From assembly GCF_009914755.1 (NCBI RefSeq), contig NC_060927.1: 64,000 nucleotides of DNA. One strand, written 5' to 3'. The translations under genes were made by a program, and so were the position numbers. The notes under the pieces are model-generated. The model saw nothing but the letters and a program-made list of their open reading frames with translations. It was not told the origin of the DNA and searched no databases. The stretch comes from the human T2T-CHM13v2.0 reference genome, Homo sapiens. Shown one piece after another: positions 46,405 through 62,422 of this stretch; within the stretch, counting starts at the first letter, position 1, and every line of letters starts with the position of its first letter.

Positions 46405-47298
46405 CTTTGGGGGAAAGGGTCGGGGGCTGCACCGCCACAGGCTGAGCACCCAGATCAGCTGGAACCTCTCCATGTTCCTACCCCTGTCTCGTGGCCTGGA
46501 ATTCTCTGGTTGCTGGGCAACGACACTGGTCGCCTAGCAACAGCCCCGTAGCCTGGCTTTCCCACTTGCCCCACATCTCAGCCCTCAGCTCTGCCTCTTC
46601 ACTCCCGCCCTCCCACTCAGGTGCCTTGCCAGCTTTCCAGTGCACCTCTCCCTCCGGCTCTGTGGACATCCATTGTCTGCAAGAGGTGGCCTGCACCTTG
46701 GGCCTTTACTCTCCATCTTAAAGTGAGGAAACAGGGCCCTCCCTCTTGTCCTGAAAGGCCTTCGGGGCACCGCAGCCAGGGCTGGGGTTGGCAAACAGTT
46801 CAAGGGCTTGATCCTGAGTTCTGCTGACATGGCCACCCAGAGGCTCTTGGGAGAAACCATTGTTCACAGGATAGGTTAGGCTGGGGAAGAGGAAACAGCC
46901 TTGGGATCTCTGGACTCTCTGGGAGAAAAGGCCACCAGAAGGGCCTCTGCTCCATCTCTTGCCAGGGTCTCTTTGGACAGACATAGCTTCCACGCCTCAT
47001 TGGAGAGGAGGTTCCAGCCCGCCTGCCCCCAACCCCCAGCCTGAAGCGACTTGTCCACCTGCCCTATCTTGACATTCAAGAGCCCTTGACCACCATTGAT
47101 GGTCTCCTGCCTAAGGGCACCTGGTTCCCTCTGTCTGGAACACTCTAACAAAACGATCCATTTTCCTCTCTGTGCCTGTCAGCGCCCAGCCCTGATAGGT
47201 GCTCAGGTGCTCAGCAAGGATTACTGAAGACCTGAGCCACCAGAGCAGGGCCCTGAGGGAGCCCTCCAGGGCCCTGCACCTGGAAGCCCCTGTCCTAC

Positions 47299-47577
47299 CT
47301 GTCAAGGCATACAGGGGTAAATAGCAGAGGAAGAGGCGGGCATCGGGGTGGCACTCCCAGGCAAGCAGGAGCAGCCAGCTGACCAACTGCTGGATGGCCT
47401 CAGCTGCTGTGATGTGGTCCAGCAAGTTGGGCAGACGCATCTGTGTAGCCAATGTCGTGGCATAGGGCCATGGCTTGGGGAATGGGCATGCACCTCATGC
47501 AGCCCCAGGGAGCCCCTGACCCTGCTGTCATCCCACAGCATCACCAGTGTCACCAGCAGCCACAGCCCCTGCTCCAT
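47299..47577 (-). pseudogene. Crescent-like relic exon 1 (signal peptide + CRD first half), three frameshifts
   Basis: MEQGLWLLVTLVMLW / CMPIPQAMALCHDIGYT / MRLPNLLDHITAAEAIQQLVSWLLLLAWECHPDARLFLC / FTPVCLDR in successive frames; donor AG|gtagga. Confidence 0.9.
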
Positions 47578-47620
47578 CACTGCCTTCTGTGCCTTGGCCT
47601 TAATGAACTGAGGTTGAGGG

Positions 47621-47627
47621 TTTTATA
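47621..47627 (-). promoter_or_regulatory. TATA box (TATAAAA) of the Crescent-like relic
   Basis: ccctataaaaccc on - strand, ~45 nt upstream of the Kozak ATG at 47577. Confidence 0.7.
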
Positions 47628-49330
47628 GGGCTGTTCCTGCACCCAGGGAGCCAACAGAGGAGATCCTGCAGGGGTTTGCACAGCTCCGAGGTGCCCGGAC
47701 CCACCTGGTGAGGCCCCAACATGCTGACTGGGCTGTTTGTTTTTGATTAGCACACAGCAGGGGACTGTAGAGGCTGGAGGCACCTCCACTGGGCTTGCAG
47801 ATTACTGGCACCTAATAAACTGAAGAAACCTGGGCCTGTGTTTTCTTTTCTTTTTCTGGCTTCCTTTTTCTTTCTTTTTAAATTTTGTGTGTTAAGCAAT
47901 CAAGAGGTGACTCTGTTGATTTGCAATTTGATCTAATCCATTGTTCCACAGGGCTGTCTCCCCTTGGATCACACCCTTTCTGGGTTTGCTGGGGTCACGG
48001 GATCATGCAGGCCAAGAGTGGGGGCCTTTGTCCTATCCTCAGTGTTATCACATCAGGGTCACCTGCTCCTAGTAGCTGAATCTGGTCATGAGCATGGTTT
48101 CTGGAACACAGCAGGCTGGGTGGCCAGTGGCAAGGCACTGATTTCTCTGTGCTTGGGTTTCCTCTTAGATAGGAAGGTTGAATTAATGGGGCCTGGCCTC
48201 CTAGGGTAAGTATAAGGATTAAGGAGTTGATGTGTATGAAGTGCTTAGGACAGTGCCTTGGGCAGAGTCTGTGCTACCTAAGTATTTTCTGCTGTAATTA
48301 CTATTAAAAACCACTCCAGGCCAGGTGTGGTGGCATATGCTTATAATCCCAGCACTTTTGAGCCCGAGGTGGAAGGATAGCTTGAACCCAGGAAATTGAG
48401 ACCAGCCTGGGCAATATAGGGAGACTCCATCTCTACAAAAAATAAAAAAATAAAAAAAGCTCCAACCCTGGTGCTGAGTGACCATTTTCCTTCCTCTTGG
48501 CAATGACTGGAACTTTGTGCTGGAAGTGTAACTGAGAGAAGCGGCAGGCCACTCCGCAGGTAGCAGTGCTGCCCTTCCTCCAGTCAGCTCCTCTGCGTGC
48601 TTCTTGTCCTCCAGTGAAGACCGCTCTCCCAGGAACAAGGGAAGGAAGCAGGGCCCATGCTCCTGCTCTGGAAGTGTCTGGGGCTACCAGAATGTGGGCT
48701 CCCTAGATGTGAGGCTCAGGTTCTAGCTCCACCAAGCCACCTACCAGCTGTGCCTGGTGTGCAGGCAGCCAGCCACTGAAGCCAAGCCCCAGGCCTGACT
48801 GATCTTTACTCAGGGGTGTAGAGGCATAGAGTAGGCACTAAGTGAACATTTGTACCAGGGAAGGAATCAAGGAAGCAAAGGACACCTGGGACATCTTTTC
48901 AGAGACCAGTATCTGCCCAAAACCTGAGTAACCCTCACTGATCTTCCAGCACTGGGCAACTCAGCCCTGGTCAGATGGCCAGCACCCATCTTTGCAGGAA
49001 ATTGGAGGGGAAGGCCCTTGGACTGGCCTGAAACATTGGATGTCTTGTGCTGTTTTTATTTGAATAATGCTGAAAAGTTAAAATGAAAGCAAGAAGCAGC
49101 CACCATCTCCCCACTTTAAATATTTATACCCAGTAAAAAGTAGCAATCAAGCCTCTGCCCTTCAGGATCACTCTCTAGCCTTCAGTCCCAACCCAAAGAT
49201 GGGTCAGCCCATATCCAGGTTAGCTCTGGCTCACCTCCCAGGGCTCTCCTGGAAAATGTGTGCTCTCATCATCAAGAGAGGTCCCACATTTCCAACGCCA
49301 GCCAGCCTTTGCAGGACAACTCAATCTTGA

Positions 49331-49699
<369 letters not shown>

Positions 49700-50549
49700 T
49701 AGGCTCAGGGTGGGAGTGCCCAGAATCACCTTTCTGGTGGCCAGGTCACTTGTCCAGCCCAGGCCTGGTCCCAAAAGTCAGATACTACCCAGACCTGCCT
49801 GGGCATGCCCAGACCCAGGAGGTCCCCTTTCCCTCTGGAGAGCTCTTGGCTACCCTGGGAACCTCAGAAGATGGCAGGAGAATCCACCTGGGGGTGATGG
49901 CATTTATCACCATAGTTTTGGAGGGATGCACCTCTGTAGCCTGCATTCCTTGCTCTCATGGCTGGGGGCCCCACAGAACTCATGGTGGATGGGGTGGCAG
50001 CTCTGAGGTGGCCAGCAGCCTGCCTCTCTCTCTGCATAACTCTCACACACTCTACAGCCAGGCTGGAGGGCCAAGCTTCTGAGAGAAGTCTGGCAGGGTG
50101 GTGGTGCGGGGCACTGCCCACACAGAACACCCCACTGAGCCTGGTCTTTCTGAGGGATCTGGTGGTCATGCCCTAACCAGGTCTCCCCCTGGTGCCTGTT
50201 CTCCCTTAACACCCAGGACTTGGCTTTCCCCATCTCACCCGGAGTATCTGAGTGGGACACAGGCCTGTCCTTCACTCTGCTTCCAACCAACAGTGCTCTC
50301 CATGAAGGCCACGGGGCCTTAGTCCGGGAATGCAAATGGCCTACGCCTCTTGACCCCCAGCCCCCGGCCTTCTCCTCAGATGCTCTGTACCTTTCTACCT
50401 GCACTCACTTTGGCCCAATGGGCTCTGCCCTGTGTCCTCATCCATGCCCTCACCTGAACACTTTGCTCCACAACAAGCACTGGGCCATCTGTTCTCTGCT
50501 GGCTCTCCATCACTGGGGTCACCCACTGAGGGACCCTCTTATGCTTTAG

Positions 50550-50819
<270 letters not shown>

Positions 50820-52118
50820 TAGGCAGGCAGCCAGGCCCCCCGTTCCCCTTGGTGATGGTCTCGAGGGCAGTTCTTGGAGACCCTTTTGATAACATCAGGC
50901 AGAGTTGAGAGCCTGGGGACAGGAAGTAGGGCTGCTAGTTGGCAGAGAACAGAGTGGGTGGAGCAGGAGCAAGGCGACAGTGAGGCCAGCTAGAGCTTGG
51001 CTGTTTACCCTGCTCCATCCATCTCTCCAGCCAGACACGAGGTCCACCCCAGCAGACAGCTTCCCTGGTCTAAGTGAGGTCTCCCTTGCCTTCCTCTTGT
51101 CCACCTGGAGTCATGCCGAAGCGCCTAAAATGGTAGTGCTGCTACCTGTGCTAACTGCTGGGGAGGGGTGGGCAGGGAAGCTGTCATGCAAGTGGTGCCC
51201 CCTCTGGTAATAACTCTCAGGAGGTTTCTGAGGTGTGGTCATCACCCTCATGCCCAAATTCTGGACCAAGAGAGGAAGATACAGCAGTTAGAAAGGACTT
51301 GGAACAGTGGCTTTGCGGCTGGTGAACCAGAGTGAAGAATCTGGCCGTGACCTGGCTGCCACACTGCTATAGGCCCCAGAACAGAGGTGGTGACAGTCTC
51401 ACAGCCCTTGAATGTCCCCCACCCTCAGAGGAATCTGGGCCAAAGAGTGGAAGGTGATGTCCTTGGGTCAGCCAGAATAACATGGAGCAAAGATACCAAC
51501 TACTCTTCCAGAACCCCAAGAGGGTAGAACCCCTGCTTAATGGTTTGAGCAGGGACAGTGGAGAATGTTCTCATGAGAGGGGGTGGCCTGACTTTCGTTG
51601 CTAAGGTGGGCTGGTAACGCAGTAGGCAGGGCTGGCGAAGTAGGTTCCACCCAGGATGAAACCTGGGGTCATGAGGAACTCCCCGGGGGCTGGCCCTGCT
51701 TGCACCCTGGCGTATGTATGTAAGGCCCTGGATGAGGCCCAGCACTGCCTGCTCTCTCCTCACCCTCCACAGGCCGGAGAGTGGCCACCACTCTATATAG
51801 CCAGGCTGGAAGGCCAGGGTCCTGGCCATATGGCTCAAGCTTCCTTTGGAGAACCTTCTCTGGCCACTCTAATAGGGGGTGGGCCTCTTTCTTCTTAGGG
51901 CCAAATTAGGGCTTAAACTGAGAAAAGGAACTGCTCTGGGTCTTCCTGTAAGGCCTGATGTGACAGAAACCAGGTTCATCTGACCCAAAAGTCCAGGTGG
52001 GGGACAAGTGTACAAGGCCCCTCAGTGCCTGAGGTCAGGGGCTGCTGCTGCCTTTGGGGTAGGTAGGGAAGTGCAGCCTGCCACTGTTGCCTCCCAATAT
52101 GGGCTTGGTGGGCATTGA

Positions 52119-52301
<183 letters not shown>

Positions 52302-52826
52302 TGAGCACCTGAAGCTGTTCTCACTGGAGCAGGGGGAGAAGACTGGGCAGGGCCTCCACAGAAGTCCTTGTCTGGGGCCAAGAGGACAGAATGGATTAAC
52401 CCATTTGGGATTAAGTTCCATTTGTTAGACCAGGATTGGGACCCACTGAAAGACAGGCAATTAACAAAGGCAAATTAGCCCTCCTTGCAGGCACACAATG
52501 GGCAACTGGGGTTAGATAGAGATTGAGCACTTCTTTCTGATTAGATAAATGACCTCTTATCTTTGACCCCTTATCTGACCCCGTCACAGCAGGAAAAGGG
52601 TTTTTAAATAAACAACTTTCTTCCAGGGAGGAGGACCTCAGGACTCCCCGCCCCCTTTATTTAGTGGAAATGTCAACATTTCCACATAGCAGGTGTCTCT
52701 GTCTTTGGCATCTGAGGGAGAAGGATCATCATGAGTAACCCCCTCCTGCTCTTACAGGGCCAGTCTGAGATGGCTTAAGGGACTTCCAGGGGAGGTGGGT
52801 AGGGGCAAAGCTTGTGGCAGGCCTAG

Positions 52827-53282
<456 letters not shown>

Positions 53283-53706
53283 TGACCACTGGAGTCAACA
53301 CAGACTGATGTACCCACAGACACCAAAACTTGCCCCCTGAGTTCTGAAGCAAGGGGCAAGGCTGGGCCCCTAGCTTGTCCTGCCCATTCCTCCAGGTGTT
53401 GATCTTGATTCCACTTAGAGAAGCTGAAGCTGTGCCTCCCTCCCCTGTCAAGCCAGTTCTTTCCTCTTCAGGTGGCTGTTCTGGCCCAGCCCCTTCCCAT
53501 CCCCAAGGAGCCCTTCAGCGCGCCCTGTTGCTTCTGCTAGCCTACCTTTCCCTGCCAGGCCCTTGCTCAGGGCCATGGCATTTAACTAAGTGCACCTGTG
53601 ATCTTGGCCAAAAAACCATTGCAACTCACAGTAAGAGACTGGGTTTCGGGGAAGGAGGGGCTAGGGACATTTTGGCACTGGCCTGCCCTATTGTCTCCCA
53701 TCCTAG

Positions 53707-53982
<276 letters not shown>

Positions 53983-54061
53983 TAAGGATGTGGGCCCAAA
54001 TTATTCCTTGGGCATATCTGGTTGGTTTCCCTTTGGTCACCCTTGGCTGGCCTGGCCATAG

Positions 54062-54262
<201 letters not shown>

Positions 54263-54605
54263 TGAGTACAGCTTCCCTTTACCCAGCCCCCGTCTGCCAC
54301 AATGGAGGGCTGTTTCTGGCTGCTTTCCAAATAGTTTTCTGCTCCTGGTGCCTCCCAAAGGCCATCCTTAGTGACTTTAGCAGACTGCCCCAGGACCTGT
54401 ACTGCTTATTGGGTTATATCCATCCCTATCATTCCCTGATGCCCCAGCCTTCCTACTCCCTGGGGCTTGGGACACATGTCCCTTGCTAACCCAGGATGGG
54501 AAGGGATATGGACAGGCCCAACAGCAAGAAAGCTGGTTTCAGAGGGCCAGTAGTGTTGACTATACATTAGTGGGCTGAGATGAGGAGCCTCCAAGGAAGC
54601 TTTAG

Positions 54606-54947
<342 letters not shown>

Positions 54948-55133
54948 GGGAAGAGTTAGCCCCGGTTCCCAGCCGCGGGTCGCCAGTTGCCCAAGATCAG
55001 GGGTCCGGCTGTCCTTCTGTCCTGCTGCAGACTAAAGGTCTGGCCAATGTCTTGCCCCACCCCGCCAGCCGCGATACGGCGCAGTTCCTATATTCATGTT
55101 ATTTATTGTGTACTGACTCCATCTGCCCCGTCA

Positions 55134-55139
55134 AATAAA
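55134..55139 (+). terminator. P4HTM: P4HTM poly(A) signal AATAAA
   Basis: AATAAA ~190 nt after stop, at the end of a short AT-rich UTR patch inside a CpG island. Confidence 0.85.
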
Positions 55140-55471
55140 AAACCACAAGGTTCGAGCCGCCGGGCCCGACAAACTCCGGGTCGGCGAAACAGAGTCCGCG
55201 ATAGGTGCAGCGGGCTGGCAGCTGGGAGCGCCCCGCAAGCGTCACGTGAGGGGGCGAGGGGCGGGATGCCCCTCCGCGGGCCCCGCCAATGATGAGCTGG
55301 ATTGCGTGGGACGAAGGGTCGTCATTGGACAACCGCCGCGGGCGCCCTGGTCTCTGCTACCTGTAGCTGAGGGTGCTGTTGATGGGCAGCGCGGCGCGCT
55401 GGGAAGGCTCGTTCTCGCGAGAGTTCAGCTCCCTTCTTAGCCGTGGCTGCCTCAGCACCTCGAGGATCGAC

Positions 55472-55571
55472 ATGGACGCTCTCGAGGACTACGTTTGGCC
55501 GCGGGCAACCTCGGAGCTTATACTCCTCCCAGTGACGGGTCTGGAGTGCGTGGGGGACCGGCTGTTGGCGG
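55472..55571 (+). CDS. WDR6: WDR6 exon 1 (MDALEDYVWP...); in-frame upstream ATG at 55382 would add 30 aa
   Basis: gacATGG Kozak; ends GCGG|gtgagg; phase matches exon 2. Confidence 0.92.
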
Positions 55572-55959
55572 GTGAGGCTTGGCTTGAGGCACGCCTGGTG
55601 GAAAGGGGGAAAGAAACAGCGCCTCCCAGGGGCGGTGCCACAGGGACAAAAGGGGTGCCCTGAGGAGAAGGACGGGCAGCAGGTTGAGGCCGATCGGAGG
55701 TGGGAAGGGAGCCCCGGAGATGGCGGGGACGAGGGCCAACCTGAAGAGGGCGGGGCCCGAGAGACAAAGCTGATGTGGCCGCCGCGGCGCTTCATAAACT
55801 TCAGCCCGCGTGGAAAGGGCGGGTGGAACCGCGGGAGGGTGCAGGGGAACGCGGCCGCGCGGAGGCGGAGGCGGAGGCCCGGGAGCTGAGGGTTGAGGGG
55901 GTGTGCTCCCTTCTAGGAGATGGGCGGGGGCTTGGCCTCTCCGAAGGAGACGGGGCCGA

Positions 55960-56005
55960 GCCGGGGGGGGCGGAGGGAGGAGGAGGAGGAGGAGGCGGAG
56001 GCGGC
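55960..56005 (+). repeat. (GGA)n/(GGC) G-rich repeat in WDR6 intron 1
   Basis: ggggggggcggagggaggaggaggaggaggaggcggaggcggc. Confidence 0.85.
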
Positions 56006-56881
56006 CCCGGCCCCTCAGGGGGTGTGGCCTCTTGGGGAAGGCGGGGCCGGGAGAGGGCAAGGGTGTGGCCTCTCGAGGGCGGGATGAGTCTCTTCCCCCT
56101 AAGGTGGGGGTGAAGATCCTCTGAGGAGGGTGGCGTCGCGGAAAACGGCGGATAAGACCTTTCCGAGTAGGGGGCGGTGCCCGGGGAAGCAGGGGCTGAG
56201 ACCCCCTCCTGAGATGGTTGAGGTCCAGGAAATCAGGTGTGGAGGTCCCTCCAAGGAGAACCGGGTCGCAAAGGACAGGCGAGGCCTGGGACCTGAGGTG
56301 TCAGAGTCCAGGCTGGTCTCGAACAGTCATTACATGAAGCCACTAATGACCCATGTTGGTGCTGCTGAGTTGTATAAGGGTCCTGAGGCAGGGCCTTGGC
56401 GGTCAGGCCTTGAGTGAGTTGCCACCAGTCCTAAGAGGGTGTGTGTATGGGGTGGGGATGATCCAGTTTTGATCTGGTGTGGGGGTTCTTGGAGCGCGGA
56501 GTTCCTACCGCGAGCTAAACTCCTAAGGCTCCTTGAGGGGGAACAACGAAGCAGAAACTCAAAGAACCACAAGAGTGAACTAGGAAAAGGGGTGAGTTCC
56601 TGGCAAGAGGGTAAGCATGCCAAAGGCCTTGAGGCTGGAAGAATCTGTCATTTTGGGGGAAGGAGGGAATTCTTGTGAAGTTAGAGCAGGAATGGAGTCT
56701 GGGAGGAAAGGAAGCTGGACAAGCGAGCAGAGGCCACATTGTTTCAGGCCTTGATCTGACTTTATCCCTAAGGGCAGTGGGGAGAACCTATTGAAGGGTT
56801 TTAAGGTGGGGAATAACTTGGGAAATGCAGTTTAAGAAGCTCTGCAAGTGAATTCACCTACTTCTGTGGCTTCCAAAGTGA

Positions 56882-59519
<2,638 letters not shown>

Positions 59520-59674
59520 GAGACCAAGGATTTTCTAAGATTCAAGCTGCAGGATTGTGTGTCCTGATGCATTCATAGGCTACATGCCGAGAAGTTTCCC
59601 TGATCCCCATCTCTTCCCTGTGGGTCATCAGAGTTAGGTACCTAGCTCTGACATGGCTCTTTGCCTCTATCTAG

Positions 59675-62156
59675 GTGAGGGTCCCGATGTCCTGGTGTAC
59701 AGCTTGGACTTTGGTGGGCATCTGCGGATGATAAAGCGAGTGCAGAACCTGCTTGGCCACTATCTTATCCATGGCTTCCGGGTACGGCCAGAGCCTAATG
59801 GAGACCTTGACTTGGAGGCCATGGTGGCTGTGTTTGGAAGCAAGGGACTCCGAGTTGTGAAAATTAGCTGGGGACAGGGCCACTTCTGGGAGCTTTGGCG
59901 CTCTGGCCTGTGGAACATGTCTGACTGGATTTGGGATGCACGCTGGCTTGAGGGAAATATAGCCTTGGCCCTGGGCCACAACTCAGTGGTGCTATATGAC
60001 CCTGTAGTAGGGTGCATCCTGCAAGAGGTGCCCTGCACAGACAGGTGCACCCTCTCTTCAGCCTGCCTGATTGGAGACGCCTGGAAGGAGCTGACCATAG
60101 TGGCAGGTGCTGTTTCCAACCAGCTCTTGGTCTGGTACCCAGCAACTGCCTTAGCAGACAACAAACCTGTAGCACCTGACCGACGAATCAGTGGGCATGT
60201 GGGCATCATCTTCAGCATGTCATACCTGGAAAGCAAGGGATTGCTGGCTACAGCTTCAGAAGACCGAAGCGTTCGTATCTGGAAGGTGGGCGACCTGCGA
60301 GTGCCTGGGGGTCGGGTGCAGAATATTGGGCACTGCTTTGGGCACAGCGCCCGTGTGTGGCAGGTCAAGCTTCTAGAGAATTACCTTATCAGTGCAGGAG
60401 AGGATTGTGTCTGCTTGGTGTGGAGCCATGAAGGTGAGATCCTCCAGGCCTTTCGGGGACACCAGGGACGTGGGATCCGGGCCATAGCTGCCCATGAGAG
60501 GCAGGCCTGGGTGATCACTGGGGGTGATGACTCAGGCATTCGGCTGTGGCACTTGGTAGGGCGTGGGTACCGGGGATTGGGGGTCTCGGCTCTCTGCTTC
60601 AAGTCCCGTAGTAGGCCAGGTACACTCAAGGCTGTGACTCTGGCTGGCTCTTGGCGACTGCTGGCAGTGACTGATACAGGGGCCCTGTATCTCTATGACG
60701 TCGAGGTCAAGTGCTGGGAGCAGCTGCTAGAGGATAAACATTTCCAGTCCTACTGCCTGCTGGAGGCAGCTCCTGGTCCCGAGGGCTTCGGATTGTGTGC
60801 TATGGCCAATGGGGAAGGTCGTGTCAAGGTTGTCCCCATCAACACTCCAACTGCTGCTGTGGACCAGACCCTGTTTCCTGGGAAGGTGCACAGCTTGAGC
60901 TGGGCCCTGCGTGGTTATGAGGAGCTCCTGTTGCTGGCATCGGGCCCTGGCGGGGTAGTAGCTTGCCTAGAGATCTCAGCCGCACCCTCTGGCAAGGCCA
61001 TCTTTGTCAAGGAACGTTGTCGGTACCTGCTGCCCCCAAGCAAGCAGAGATGGCACACATGCAGTGCCTTCCTACCCCCAGGTGACTTCCTGGTGTGTGG
61101 TGACCGCCGGGGCTCTGTGCTGCTATTCCCCTCCAGACCAGGTCTGCTCAAGGACCCTGGGGTGGGAGGCAAGGCTCGGGCTGGTGCTGGGGCACCTGTA
61201 GTGGGTAGTGGTAGTAGTGGGGGTGGGAATGCTTTCACTGGGTTGGGCCCAGTGTCTACCCTGCCCTCTCTGCACGGGAAGCAGGGTGTGACCTCAGTCA
61301 CATGCCATGGTGGCTATGTGTATACCACAGGGCGTGATGGAGCCTACTACCAGCTGTTTGTACGAGACGGCCAGCTCCAGCCAGTCCTAAGGCAGAAGTC
61401 CTGTCGAGGCATGAACTGGCTAGCTGGGCTCCGTATAGTGCCCGATGGGAGCATGGTTATCCTGGGTTTCCATGCCAATGAGTTTGTGGTGTGGAACCCT
61501 CGGTCACACGAGAAGCTGCACATCGTCAACTGTGGTGGAGGGCACCGTTCGTGGGCATTCTCTGATACTGAGGCGGCCATGGCCTTTGCTTACCTCAAGG
61601 ATGGGGATGTCATGCTGTACAGGGCTCTGGGTGGCTGCACCCGGCCACACGTGATTCTCCGGGAGGGTCTGCATGGCCGTGAGATCACTTGTGTAAAGCG
61701 TGTGGGCACCATTACCCTGGGGCCTGAATATGGAGTGCCCAGCTTCATGCAGCCTGATGACCTGGAGCCTGGCAGTGAGGGGCCCGACTTGACTGACATT
61801 GTGATCACATGTAGTGAGGACACTACTGTCTGTGTCCTAGCACTCCCTACAACCACAGGCTCAGCCCACGCACTCACAGCTGTTTGTAACCATATCTCCT
61901 CGGTACGTGCTGTGGCTGTGTGGGGCATTGGCACCCCAGGTGGCCCTCAGGATCCTCAGCCAGGCCTGACTGCCCATGTGGTGTCTGCGGGGGGGCGGGC
62001 TGAGATGCACTGCTTCAGCATCATGGTTACTCCGGACCCCAGCACCCCAAGCCGCCTCGCCTGCCATGTCATGCACCTTTCGTCCCACCGGCTAGATGAG
62101 TATTGGGACCGGCAACGCAATCGGCATCGGATGGTTAAGGTAGACCCAGAGACCAG
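59675..62156 (+). CDS. WDR6: WDR6 exon 2, 2482-nt internal exon with multiple WD40 repeats
   Basis: atctag|GTGAGG...ACCAG|gtaata; coincides with the 835-aa ORF; GH...W repeats (GHVGIIFS...IWK, GHSARVW). Confidence 0.97.
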
Positions 62157-62249
62157 GTAATATATGCTCCTGGGCAGGGTGTGGTATGGGTCATGCAGAT
62201 GCTCCCAGGCTTGCAGGCTCCACCTGACAGCTGCATGTTGTCTCTGCAG

Positions 62250-62333
62250 GTACATGTCCCTTGCTGTGTGTGAACTTGACCAGCCCGGCCTTGGCCCCCT
62301 TGTGGCTGCAGCCTGTAGTGATGGGGCCGTAAG
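62250..62333 (+). CDS. WDR6: WDR6 exon 3
   Basis: ctgcag|GTAC...GTAAG|gtgaga; 84 nt. Confidence 0.92.
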
Positions 62334-62422
62334 GTGAGAGCATAGGGCCCAGTGGGACAGGAGACAAAGGAAGTAAGGTTGTCTAGGATGCGTTCTGAGC
62401 TGGGCCACCCCCCGCCCCCCAG

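Larger units (their letters stand above)
45268..47577 (-). pseudogene. Unitary pseudogene of a secreted Frizzled-related protein, Crescent (frzb2)-like; 4 exons, nested antisense in P4HTM intron 2
   Basis: Exons 47577-47299, 46404-46232, 46007-45921, 45584-45268 join in phase to give signal-like peptide + Frizzled CRD + NTR domain; frameshifts in exon 1 and a dead donor after exon 3. Confidence 0.9.

Noticed and set aside
45268-47577. Interpretation of the relic as a processed pseudogene of SFRP1/2/5 or a Frizzled receptor
   Set aside because: It has three introns with splice signals, a TATA box, an NTR rather than transmembrane helices, and Crescent-type motifs; no poly-A tail or TSD.
55322-56124. 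Long Pro/Arg/Gly-rich ORFs in the WDR6 CpG island
   Set aside because: Expected from stop-codon depletion in GC-rich and GGA-repeat DNA.
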